DNA from: an uncultured Chloroflexia bacterium
GTDB lineage: Bacteria > Chloroflexota > Limnocylindria > QHBO01
Assembly (NCBI GenBank): GCA_963770875.1
Contig: CAVYRE010000005.1
Span: 391,542 to 455,541, forward strand
Length of the DNA: 64,000 nucleotides
Direction: 5' to 3'
The notes under the pieces were generated by a model. The model made no database searches, was not told the origin of the DNA, and worked only from the letters and a program-made list of their open reading frames with translations. Each line of letters begins with the position of its first letter. Within the stretch, counting starts at the first letter, position 1. Below are positions 40,257 to 49,751 of this stretch, one piece after another. Both the position numbers and the translations under genes were made by a program.

Positions 40257-40580
40257 CTAGGGCTTCGGCGTTGCCTTGGGCTTCGGCGTTGCCTTGGGCT
40301 TCGGCGTTGCCTTGGGCTTCGGCGTTGCCTTGGGCTTCGGCGTTGCCTTGGGCTTCGGCGTCGTCGTCGGGGTGGCGGTCGGGGGGTTGCGCCCGGCGCT
40401 GGAGATCGCGTCCCCCACATTGGTCAGGCCATCGGCTACCGCGTTGCCGAGGACCAACGTGACGCCGATGGCAAGAACAGCGACGAGCGCGAGCAGGAGC
40501 ACGTACTCCACGAGCGTCTGCCCTCGATTGGCTCGGACCTGTACGGCCCCCGGTCGGTATCTCCTGACAATGTGTCGCAC
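40257..40580 (-). CDS. Flp-family type IVb pilin-like protein with Lys/Pro-rich repeat tail
   Basis: [20 protein letters not shown] prepilin motif (G-1, E+5, Y+6); tail (PKPKAT)x5. Confidence 0.78.
   Translation of the reverse strand: MRHIVRRYRPGAVQVRANRGQTLVEYVLLLALVAVLAIGVTLVLGNAVADGLTNVGDAISSAGRNPPTATPTTTPKPKATPKPKATPKPKATPKPKATPKPKATPKP
40260..40361. repeat. Perfect 18-bp tandem repeat GGGCTTCGGCGTTGCCTT, 5 full copies plus a partial copy
   Basis: Read directly; no spacers. Confidence 0.95.
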
Positions 40581-40732
40581 GACAAGTATTCTCGCTGGCC
40601 GGGGGTCCCAGTGGCCATGGCTCGATGGTACGGGGCGCCCGCGACGGCGGGCGCTTCATCGGATGGCCGGATGGCCGGCCACGTCGGGGCGCGGGCCGAA
40701 GCGCTGGGGCCAGACGCTACCCTGCCCACGCC

Positions 40733-41989
40733 ATGCCAACCGCCTCGCTGTGGCGGCACGCCGACTTCCTGAAGCTGTGGGTCGGCCAGACCGTCTCGGA
40801 GCTCGGCTCGGTCGTCACCCGGACGGCCGTGCCGCTGGTCGCGCTGCTCGTCCTCGGCGCCGGTCCGCTCGAGATGGCGCTCCTGGTGGTCTCGGCCAGC
40901 CTGGCGATCCTGCTGGTCGGCTTCGTCGCCGGAGCCTGGGTCGATCGCGTGCGCCGCCGGCCGCTCCTCATCTGGACCGACACGATCCGGGCGTTCCTGC
41001 TCCTCTCGATCCCGCTGGCCTATGCCGCCCACGCCCTGCACATGGAGCAGCTCTACGTGGTGATGTTCGCCGAGGCGTGTCTCGGCGCCCTGTTCGACGC
41101 CGCGTATCCGGCCTACGTGCCGTCCCTGATCGGCGTCGATCGCGTCGTCGACGGCAACAGCAAGCTTGCCACCAGCTCATCGATCGCGGAGATCGGCGGA
41201 CCGGGGCTGGCCGGCTCGCTTGTCCAGATCGTCAGCGCACCGTTCGCGATCTTCGTGGATGCCGTGTCGTTCGCGGTCTCCGCCGTCTCGCTCGTGCTGA
41301 TCCGCGCGCCCGAGCCGGCGCGGCCGGCCCGCAGCGTCGCGACGCCCATGCGCCACGAGATCGTCGAGGGCCTGCGACTCGTACGGCGACACCGGGTGCT
41401 CCTCGCCATGACGCTGCGATCCGTGGTCGCGCACGTCGCCGGGTCGTTCTACGGCGTCCTGTACATCCTCTACCTCGTCCGAGAGCTCCACCTCAGCCCG
41501 TTCCTGCTGGGGGTGGTGGTGTCAGCCGGCGGCGTCGGCTCGCTGGTCGGCTCGTTCTTCGCCGCCCGCGTCATCAACCGCTTCGGGCTCGGTCCCGCGC
41601 TGATCTGGACGGCGATCGGCGCCTCAGCGCTCGGCGTCCTGACGCCGCTGGCCCAGGGTCCGCTCGTCGTCGCCACGACGATGGTCCTCATCCCGCAGCT
41701 CGTCGGGGATGGCCTTCAGACCATCGAGGGCGTGGCGGAGATCTCGCTCATCCAGGGGATGATCCCGGACCGGATCCTGGGTCGCGTGAACGCGACGCTG
41801 GGCGTCTTCTCGCACGGCATCGCCTATCCGATCGGCGCCCTGGCGGCGGCGGCGGTCGCCGGCTGGATCGGGATCCGGGGCGGGATCGCCATCGGCTGGG
41901 CAGGCATGGCGCTCTCGATCCTCCTGCTGGTGCTGTCGCCGCTGCCGCGCGTCCGGCGGCCGTCGGACTTCGTCGCGCCGCCGGATTGA
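40733..41989 (+). CDS. MFS transporter (DHA3/macrolide efflux-like)
   Basis: DFLKLWVGQTVSELGS, AGAWVDRVRRRPLL, ILGRVNAT. Confidence 0.9.
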   Translation: MPTASLWRHADFLKLWVGQTVSELGSVVTRTAVPLVALLVLGAGPLEMALLVVSASLAILLVGFVAGAWVDRVRRRPLLIWTDTIRAFLLLSIPLAYAAHALHMEQLYVVMFAEACLGALFDAAYPAYVPSLIGVDRVVDGNSKLATSSSIAEIGGPGLAGSLVQIVSAPFAIFVDAVSFAVSAVSLVLIRAPEPARPARSVATPMRHEIVEGLRLVRRHRVLLAMTLRSVVAHVAGSFYGVLYILYLVRELHLSPFLLGVVVSAGGVGSLVGSFFAARVINRFGLGPALIWTAIGASALGVLTPLAQGPLVVATTMVLIPQLVGDGLQTIEGVAEISLIQGMIPDRILGRVNATLGVFSHGIAYPIGALAAAAVAGWIGIRGGIAIGWAGMALSILLLVLSPLPRVRRPSDFVAPPD

Positions 41990-42042
41990 GCCCATTTCGC
42001 GCGCCGCCGGTGTACGCTCCCGCTGCTCACTGAAGACCACGC

Positions 42043-42906
42043 ATGGCGAGGGTTGAGATGCCGCGGATCGTACGGGCAGCGCTGTTGCAGGCCGACTGGA
42101 CTGGCGACAAGGAGTCGATGATCGCCAAGCACGAGAAGTACGCCCGCGAGGCCGCCCAGCAGGGCGCCCAGGTGATGTGCTTCCAGGAGCTCTTCTACGG
42201 GCCCTACTTCTGCCAGGTGCAGGATCCGCAGTACTTCGCCTACACCGAGCACATCCCCGACGGCCCGACCACGAAGCGGATGCAGGAGCTCGCGCGCGAG
42301 ACGCACATGGTCCTGATCGTGCCGATGTACGAGGAGGACGAGGAGACCACCGGCATCTACTACAACACCGCCGCGGTGATCGATGCCGACGGGAAGTACC
42401 TGGGCAAGTACCGCAAGACGCACATCCCGCACGTCAAGGGCTTCTGGGAGAAGTTCTACTTCCGCCCCGGGAACCTGGGGTATCCCGTCTTCGACACGGC
42501 CGTCGGCAAGATCGGGGTCTATATCTGCTACGACCGCCACTTCCCGGAGGGCGCCCGCGCGCTGGGGCTCAACGGCGCCGAGCTGGTGTTCATCCCGTCG
42601 GCCACCTCGCGCGGCTTGAGCGAGTACCTGTGGCGCGTCGAGCAGGTCTCGCACGCGCTCGCCAACGGCTACTTCGTCGGGACGATCAACCGGGTGGGGA
42701 TCGAGCCGCTCGGCGAGGACGACTTCTACGGGCAGTCCTACTTCGTCGATCCGCGGGGCCAGTTCGTCGGCGAGGTGGGAGACGCCCACAACGAGGAGCT
42801 GCTGGTGCGTGACCTCGACATGGACAAGATCACCGAGGTGCGCCAGCTCTGGCAGTTCTACCGTGACCGACGCCCTGATGCCTACGCGGACCTGGTTCGC
42901 CCGTAG
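42043..42906 (+). CDS. Nitrilase-fold carbon-nitrogen hydrolase, beta-ureidopropionase-like
   Basis: E-K-C triad: FQELF, YRKTHIP, ICYDRHFPE; FWEKFYF, FYRDRRP. Confidence 0.9.
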   Translation: MARVEMPRIVRAALLQADWTGDKESMIAKHEKYAREAAQQGAQVMCFQELFYGPYFCQVQDPQYFAYTEHIPDGPTTKRMQELARETHMVLIVPMYEEDEETTGIYYNTAAVIDADGKYLGKYRKTHIPHVKGFWEKFYFRPGNLGYPVFDTAVGKIGVYICYDRHFPEGARALGLNGAELVFIPSATSRGLSEYLWRVEQVSHALANGYFVGTINRVGIEPLGEDDFYGQSYFVDPRGQFVGEVGDAHNEELLVRDLDMDKITEVRQLWQFYRDRRPDAYADLVRP

Positions 42907-42912
42907 CGGCCG

Positions 42913-43926
42913 ATGGACTTCGGCTTCACCCTCAAGCCCGAGAACGATCTCAAGCGCACCGTCGAGCTGACGAAGCGGGCCGAGGCGAACGGCTTCACCT
43001 ACGGCTGGCTCTTCGACAGCCACGTGCTGTGGCGCGAGCCGTACGTCCTGCTCACCCTCATGGCCCAGGCCACGACCGGCATGCGGCTCGGCACCTGCGT
43101 CACCAACCCGGCCACGCGGGAGCCGTCGGTGACGGCGTCGGCGCTGGCGGTGCTCGACGAGCTGAGCGGCGGACGCATGGACCTCGGGATCGGTCGGGGC
43201 GACAGCGCGCGGCGGGTGCTCGGCAAGCCGCCGACCAGCATGAAGACCCTCGAGGAGGCGATCGCGGTGATCCGCGACCTCGTCGAGGGACGCGCCGTCA
43301 CCTTCGAGGGGACGGAGCTCGTCCTCCCCTGGACGGGGAAGTGGAAGCTCCCCGTCTGGGTGGCCGGCTACGGGCCGATGGCGCTCACCATGACCGGCCG
43401 GGTCGCCGACGGGCTGATCCTCCAGCTCGCCGATCCCGACCTGATCCGCTGGTTCGTCTCGCAGCTGCGCGAGGCGGAGGCGGCCGCCGGCCGGCCGGCG
43501 GGGAGCGTCAAGGTCCAGGCGGCCGCGCCCGCGCACGTCGGCCCGCGCGAGCTGGGACGAGAGCGGACCCGATGGTTCCCGGCACTCGTCAGCAACCATG
43601 TCGTCGACCTGGTGAACCGGTACCCGCGCGAGCAGCTCCCCGACACGCTGACCGGCTACGTCACCAACCGCGAGGGGTACGACTACCACCACCACGCCGA
43701 GGTGGGGTCGAGCAACGCGGCGTTCGTCGGCGACGAGGTGACGGACCGCTTCTGCGTCCTGGGTCCAGCCGACGAGCACGTCGCCAAGCTCCGGGAGCTT
43801 GCCGCGGCGGGGGTCGACCAGTTCAACATCTACCTGATGAACGGCGACGAGGAGCAGCAGCTCGAGGTCTACGGCCGGGAGATCATTCCGCTCCTGCGGA
43901 GCGTGGCCTCGGGACCGGTCAGCTAG
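42913..43926 (+). CDS. LLM-class putative F420-dependent oxidoreductase (TIGR03842-like)
   Basis: MDFGFTL, WLFDSHVLW, VTNPATR, IGRGDS, YDYHHH, DRFCVLG. Confidence 0.85.
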   Translation: MDFGFTLKPENDLKRTVELTKRAEANGFTYGWLFDSHVLWREPYVLLTLMAQATTGMRLGTCVTNPATREPSVTASALAVLDELSGGRMDLGIGRGDSARRVLGKPPTSMKTLEEAIAVIRDLVEGRAVTFEGTELVLPWTGKWKLPVWVAGYGPMALTMTGRVADGLILQLADPDLIRWFVSQLREAEAAAGRPAGSVKVQAAAPAHVGPRELGRERTRWFPALVSNHVVDLVNRYPREQLPDTLTGYVTNREGYDYHHHAEVGSSNAAFVGDEVTDRFCVLGPADEHVAKLRELAAAGVDQFNIYLMNGDEEQQLEVYGREIIPLLRSVASGPVS

Positions 43927-44350
43927 CCGCTTCCCCCTCGACGCGATGACGCGTCGCGTTTGCGGTCCACACGGCCGCGACGGTGACCAGGGCCATGACG
44001 ACCAGGATCGCCAGGCAGTACACAGCCACTGTCGCATAGCCGCCGTTGTCCGGGTTGAGGAACGGATAGGGGTACTTCCCGACGATGGGGCCCTTGACCA
44101 GGGTGTAGGCCAGCCAGATGGCCGGGTAGACGACCCACATGAACCCCTGCCGATACGTGAGCAGGGTCCGTGGCGGATCGAGCAGCCAGTCGACCACGAC
44201 CACGATCGGCATCACGGAATGGACCACGTCGTTGACCCACGGAATGGCCGTGTCCACGTCGGTCCCCGAGAGCAGCAGGGTGAAGACGACCCCGGTGATC
44301 GTCATGCAGATGAGGGCCACGCCGCGGGCCTGCTCGAACGCATCCGACCG
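43919..44350 (-). pseudogene. Pr6Pr-family membrane protein, N-terminally truncated
   Basis: ITGVVF, HSVMP..V.DWL, YPYPFLNP; the expected N-terminal helices are absent. Confidence 0.65.
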
Positions 44351-44430
44351 CTCGCCGCGGGGCTCGGTAGGCCATCGTGACGTTGGCGCGGGTCACGGGG
44401 TGACGGCTTGCCTCCACTCCGCGGCCGCGC

Positions 44431-45087
44431 ATGACTGACCTCGAGGAGCTTGAGAAGGCGGCCGAGCGACGCTGGCTGGCGTCGTGGCTCATCGGGCCGA
44501 CTCACACCCGATACGACGAGCTGCCGGTCCAGCAGGGCGACATGGCGCCGGACGTGGAGCTGCCCGACAGCACCGGCGAGGCGCGCCACCTCTCCGACTT
44601 CTGGACCCACGGCACGGCGATCGTCATCTTCATGCGGCATTTCGGCTGCTCCTGCCTGACGGAGCGCTGGGAGGGGTTGCGCGGCGAGCTGGCCGACTAC
44701 CGGGCGGCGGGGGCGCGCGTCGTGGGCATCTGCCAGGCGGAGCCGGAGCGTGCGGCGGCGGTCGCCGCACGGCGCGGGTACGCCTTCCCCCTGCTCTGCG
44801 ATCCGGAGCTGCGGGCGTATCGGGCCTTCGGCCTGCTCGAAGGGCTCCCGGCCCAGATCCTGCACGCCTTCCCGTGGCAGGCCGGCGACGAGGAGACGGC
44901 GCGCACCCTCTTCATCGAGCCGCGGCGCGGAACGGAACGGGCGGTCGTCGACTCGCCGTGGCAGCTGCCGGGCGAATTCGTGATCGGCTCGAACGGGCGG
45001 ATCGCCCTGGCGCACCGCTACCAGTACTGCGAGGACTTCCCGCCCAAGACGGTCCTCGTCGGCGCGATCATGGCCGCGGAGGGCTGA
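44431..45087 (+). CDS. AhpC/TSA-like thioredoxin-fold protein
   Basis: GDMAPDVEL, FMRHFGCSC, LLCDPELRAYRAFGL, QLPGEFVI. Confidence 0.8.
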   Translation: MTDLEELEKAAERRWLASWLIGPTHTRYDELPVQQGDMAPDVELPDSTGEARHLSDFWTHGTAIVIFMRHFGCSCLTERWEGLRGELADYRAAGARVVGICQAEPERAAAVAARRGYAFPLLCDPELRAYRAFGLLEGLPAQILHAFPWQAGDEETARTLFIEPRRGTERAVVDSPWQLPGEFVIGSNGRIALAHRYQYCEDFPPKTVLVGAIMAAEG

Positions 45088-45090
45088 GGC

Positions 45091-46276
45091 ATGGCAACCA
45101 CGGCGTCACGACGCTTGGAGCGGCTCACGGCGAGCATCGCGCCGTTTCTCGAGTTCTTCACCGGGCCGTTCGCGAAGCTCAACAAGAACCCCGACGTCGT
45201 CGAACTTCGCGGTCGGCAACCCGCAGGACTTCCCGCTGCCGGAGTACGTGGAGGCGCTCCGCGGACAGCTCGACCCGCGCCGCCGCGACTGGTTCGCGTA
45301 CAAGGACAACGAGCCGAGGTCGCGGATCGCGGTGGCGCGCGGGCTCTCCGCGCGGACCGGCATGGACTGGGATCCGGCGGACGTGGCGATGACCAACGGT
45401 GGCTTCGCCGCGCTGGCGGTCGCGATGCGGACGCTCGTCGAGCCGGGCGACGAGGTGATCTTCCTCTCGCCGCCGTGGTTCTTCTACGAGTTCCTGATCC
45501 TCGCGGCCGACGGCATCCCGATCCGGGTCCACCTTGCCCCGCCCACCTTCGAGCCGGACATGGAGCTGATCGCGGCCGCCATCACGCCGCGCACCCGGGC
45601 GATCATCTTCAACTCGCCGCACAACCCGTCGGGGCGGATCTACCCGCTCGAGACGCTCGGAGCCCTGGCTCGAACCCTGACCGATGCCTCCGCGCGCATC
45701 GGCCATCCGATCTACCTGATCTCCGACGAGCCGTACAACCGGATCGTCTTCGACGGGCGCGCCTGCCACTCTCCGGCCGAGGCGTATCCGAACACGGTGA
45801 TCACCTACTCGTACGGGAAGCAGCTGCTCGCGCCGGGGATGCGGATCGGCTACCTGACCGTCCCGCCCACCATGCCCGACCGCGAGGCGTTCCGCGACGC
45901 GGTCTTCGTGGCGCAGCTGGCGACCGGCTACGCCTTCCCGAACGCGCTGCTCCAGCACGCGATCGAGGACCTGGAGCGGATCAGCATCGACATCCCCGCC
46001 ATGCAGCGGCGTCGCGACCGGCTGGTGGGGGCGCTCCGCGAGATCGGCTACGAGACGACGATGCCGGAGGGCACCTTCTACGTCATGGCTCGCGCCCCGA
46101 TCGCCGACGACGGTGCCTTCTGCGACCTTCTCGCCGAGCATCGTGTGCTGGTGCTGCCCGGCCACACCTTCGAGGTGCCCGGCTGGTTCCGGATCAGCCT
46201 CACCGCAACCGACGAGATGGTGGAGCGGGGGATCCCCGGGTTCGCGGCGGCCTGGGCGGAGGCGCGCACGTCGTGA
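45091..46276 (+). CDS. Class I/II PLP aminotransferase (frameshift near 45205)
   Basis: VGNP, NSPHNPSG, SDEPY, YSYGK, PGMRIGY, PEGTFY. Confidence 0.88.
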
Positions 46277-46692
46277 AGCCGCGCTTCGTGGCCGGCTTCG
46301 CGCCGATCGTCAAGGATCCGGCCGCCAGCAAGGCGTTCTGGGGTGATGCCCTCGGAATCGAGCTTGGCGAGGTGGCTCCCGGCTACTGGGCAACCGATGA
46401 CCTCCCCGGCGTCCGCCACTTCGGCCTGTGGCCGCTCTCCGAGGCGGCCGAGGCATGCTTCGGCACGAGCGAGTGGCCGGCCGACATCCCCGAGCCCAAC
46501 GCGGGGATCGAGCTCGACCTCGAATCGGCCGATGCGGTCGCGCCGGCGGCCGCCGAGCTGGAGGCGCTCGGATATCGGCTCCTGGTGGAGCCGAAGGTCG
46601 AACCGTGGGGCCAGACGGTCGCGCGCCTCCTGAGCCCGGAGGGGATCCTGGTCGGCATCGTCTTCACGCCCTGGATGCACGTGAAGGACTAG
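46273..46692 (+). CDS. VOC/glyoxalase family protein
   Basis: VKDPAASKAFWGDALG, EPWGQTVARLLSPEG; GTGA overlap. Confidence 0.85.
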   Translation: MKPRFVAGFAPIVKDPAASKAFWGDALGIELGEVAPGYWATDDLPGVRHFGLWPLSEAAEACFGTSEWPADIPEPNAGIELDLESADAVAPAAAELEALGYRLLVEPKVEPWGQTVARLLSPEGILVGIVFTPWMHVKD

Positions 46693-46695
46693 CCG

Positions 46696-47343
46696 TCAGG
46701 CGACGTCGACTCCCAGGCTGAGACATCGATCCAGGAAGGCGTCGAGCGGCGCGCCCGGATGCAGCGCAATCTCGAGGTAGCTCCGGCTCGCCTCGGCCGC
46801 CGCCCGGGCCTCATCGGTCAGCACCCCGTCGCGCCACGCGCTGTCGCGGCGATCCGATGGGAAGCCGTGCTCATCGTCGTGCCCCCGCAGCCGATCCATC
46901 GGTCCCCAGTGCCTCATTCGGAGGATTCCCGCCCCGTCCCGATCGGCATGGGCCGTGGAGTACGAGTCCTGGAGGCAGTGCAGCAGCTCGCCGAATGCCT
47001 CCCAGCGCCGTCGCCCCTCCGGCATGGAGACGGCCCGCCGATGCGTGGCGGCGAGGAACTCGCGGACGTCGCGAACCGCGTCGGCGGTCGTTGAGCCCGA
47101 CCAGGCGCGGAGCGCATGCCGGCGCTGCGCGAACGGCAGGGTGGAGACGAGGAACCCGGCCAGGCTCACATCCGGCGCGCGGACGCCGCGCAGGAGCGCC
47201 TTCTGCTGCTCGGGGGTGAGCGACAGCCCGTCCCACGCGGCACGCGTGATCGCCTCGTGCCCCTCCTCGCGACTCACGAGCGGCGCGCGCACGAGCCAGC
47301 CCACGGCGAGGAGGATCGGCAGGTGCTCGGTCGGCCAGGTCAC
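46696..47343 (-). CDS. Hypothetical protein, possible Zn-dependent phospholipase C/P1 nuclease fold
   Basis: HEAIT, APD, HALR, GELLHCLQDSYSTAH. Confidence 0.55.
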   Translation of the reverse strand: MTWPTEHLPILLAVGWLVRAPLVSREEGHEAITRAAWDGLSLTPEQQKALLRGVRAPDVSLAGFLVSTLPFAQRRHALRAWSGSTTADAVRDVREFLAATHRRAVSMPEGRRRWEAFGELLHCLQDSYSTAHADRDGAGILRMRHWGPMDRLRGHDDEHGFPSDRRDSAWRDGVLTDEARAAAEASRSYLEIALHPGAPLDAFLDRCLSLGVDVA

Positions 47344-47639
47344 GCGGCGAGGATGCCACGGCACGGACAGTCACGCGGCGCTCATCTGCCGCTCGAGCAG
47401 CGTCTACTTCTCATGGATGGGGAGCAACCACGCGCTATCGGCCTTGTGGACCGTCGTCGGACCAACATGTCTCAGCGGGTGAGAGCATAGCCGGTCCAGG
47501 CAGCCAAGCCGCTGCCGTTGTTCTCCGCCCGTGAGAAGCACGGGGTCCGGACACCCCCTGGGCGGCCCATGATCCGATCCCCCGGCACTTCCCGAGCGCG
47601 GGCCGCGCGGCTACCATCGGTCTCCCAACGGAGGAACCG

Positions 47640-49021
47640 ATGCGCACCCTGATCAAGAACGGCACGGTCGTGAACGCGGATGCCACCACCCGCGCCGACG
47701 TCCTGGTCGACGGCGAGAAGATCGCCCTGATCGGCTCCGACCTGCCCGCCACCGCCGACCGCACCATCGACGCCACGCGACAAGTGGGTGATCCCCGGCG
47801 CGATCGACGTCCACACCCACATGGAGCTGCCCTTCGGCGGCACATTCGCCAAGGACACCTTCGAGACCGGCACGCGGGCCGCCGCCTTCGGCGGAACGAC
47901 CACGATCATCGACTTCGCGGTCCAGTCGCGCGGCAAGTCGCTGCGCGAGGGGCTCGATGCCTGGCATGCCAAGGCCGATGGCAACGCCTGCATCGACTAC
48001 GGCTTCCATATGATCATCAGCGACGTCCGCGACGACGTCCTGCCGGAGATGGACGCCCTGGTCGACGAGGGGGTCACCACCTTCAAGCTCTTCACCGCCT
48101 ACCCCGGCGTCTTCTACTCGGACGACGGGGCGATCTTCCGGGCGATGCAGCAGACGGCGAAGAACGGCGGGCTGATCATGATGCACGCCGAGAACGGGAT
48201 GGCCATCGACGTGGTGGCGGCGCAGGCGGTCGCCGCCGGCCAGACCGATCCGTACTACCACGGCACCTCGCGCTCGCCCGTCTTCGAGGGCGAGGCCACG
48301 AACCGGGTGATCCGCCTGGCGGAGGTGGCCGGGGCGCCGGTCTACATCGTCCACCTCTCCGCGCGCGAAGCCCTCAACGAGGTGCGCCGCGCCCGCGACG
48401 AGGGGCTGCCCGGCCTTCGCCGAGACCTGCCCGCAGTACCTCTTCCTCTCACTCGACGACATGGGCGATGGCTTCAACGGCGCCAAGTTCGTCTGCTCGC
48501 CGCCGCTGCGCCCGGCCGACCACCAGGAGGACCTCTGGCTGGGCCTCCTCAAGGACGATCTCCAGGTGGTCTCCACCGACCACTGCCCGTTCGACTTCCA
48601 CGGGCAGAAGGAGATGGGGATCGGCGACTTCCGCAAGGTGCCGAACGGGCTGCCGGGCGTCGAGAACCGGGTCGACCTGCTCCACTCCGGCGGCGTCGCC
48701 ACCGGGCGGTTGACGCCGAACCGATGGGTGGAGGTCATCTCGGCCGCACCCGCGCGCATGTTCGGGCTGCCGCAGAAGGGGGCGGTGGGGATCGGCCTCG
48801 ACGCCGACCTGGTCGTCTACGACCCGACCCGCAAGCACACCATCAGCGCCGCCACGCACCACATGGACGTCGACTACTCGTGCTACGAGGGCATGGAGGT
48901 CACCGGCGGCGCCGATGTCGTCCTCTCGCGCGGCAAGATCGTGGTCGATGGCGCCGAGTGGCTCGGCACCCGTGGCGACGGGCGATTCCTCACGCGTCAG
49001 CGCAGCGCCTATCTGAAATAG
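47640..49021 (+). CDS. hydA: Dihydropyrimidinase (frameshifts near 47775 and 48415)
   Basis: PGAIDVHTH, GGTTTIIDF, FKLFTAY, HAENG, VHLS, CSPPLR, TDHCPF, DYSCYEG. Confidence 0.92.
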
Positions 49022-49073
49022 TTGGGCGGTCGAGTATCCTCACCGCCTTCAGGCCCAGCAGGAGGAGCATCTC

Positions 49074-49709
49074 GTGAATCGATTCCGGACCATCGCCATC
49101 ACCGCGTTCGCCGGGCTCGCGCTCGTGGCGTGCTCGTCATCGGCCAGCCAGTCGCAGGGCGCCGGCGCCAGCCAGGGCGCGGGCGCCAGCCAGGGCGCGC
49201 AGCAGTCGCAGGCCGCCGGGGCGTCGCAGGGTGGCCCGCAGCCGTCCTTCGGAGCAGGCGTGGTCGCGGAGCTCGAGGCGCTGATCCCGAGCAAGGTCGG
49301 CGACATCACGATGCAGAAGAGCAGCTATCGCGGCAACGACTACCTCGTCTCTTCCAACGCGGATCCGGAGACGGTCAAGTTCCTGAACGACGTCGGCGTC
49401 TCCCCAAGCGACATCGCCATCGCGATCGGCTTCGGATTCAACGCCGACTACAGCTCCGGCGCCTCGGTGATCGTCATCCGCGCCAGCGGCGCGGACTCCA
49501 ACAAGCTGGTCACCGCCTTCAAGAACAACATGCAGGCGAACGCCTCGTCACCGATCGAGTGGACCAGCACGAGCCTGGGTGGCAAGCAGGTGGAGTCGTC
49601 GGGTGGCACCGACCAGACCAGCTACCTGTACGCCCACGGCGACACGGTCTTCATCGTCGGGGCGAACGACGCAACCGTGGCCGGGCAGATCCTCAGCGGC
49701 CTGCCCTGA
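49074..49709 (+). CDS. Lipoprotein, unknown function (paralog of 50767-51459)
   Basis: LVA-C lipobox, SQGAGA repeats, C-terminal ILSGLP; GGAGG RBS. Confidence 0.75.
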   Translation: MNRFRTIAITAFAGLALVACSSSASQSQGAGASQGAGASQGAQQSQAAGASQGGPQPSFGAGVVAELEALIPSKVGDITMQKSSYRGNDYLVSSNADPETVKFLNDVGVSPSDIAIAIGFGFNADYSSGASVIVIRASGADSNKLVTAFKNNMQANASSPIEWTSTSLGGKQVESSGGTDQTSYLYAHGDTVFIVGANDATVAGQILSGLP

Positions 49710-49751
49710 GCTCCGAACGGTCGCACCACTGACCGGGTCGCGGCGCGTCTG

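Noticed and set aside
40260-40361. Possible CRISPR array
   Set aside because: 18-bp units are contiguous with no spacers, are in frame within a CDS, and no cas genes are present
41824-44037. Long antisense or alternate-frame ORFs (also 17901-19994, 30827-32797, 61579-63711)
   Set aside because: Shadow ORFs expected at high GC, overlapping well-supported genes and lacking motifs
45091-46692. 533-aa ORF joining an aminotransferase N-terminus to a VOC domain
   Set aside because: The middle is off-frame Arg/Gly-rich sequence; artefact of the frameshift near 45205
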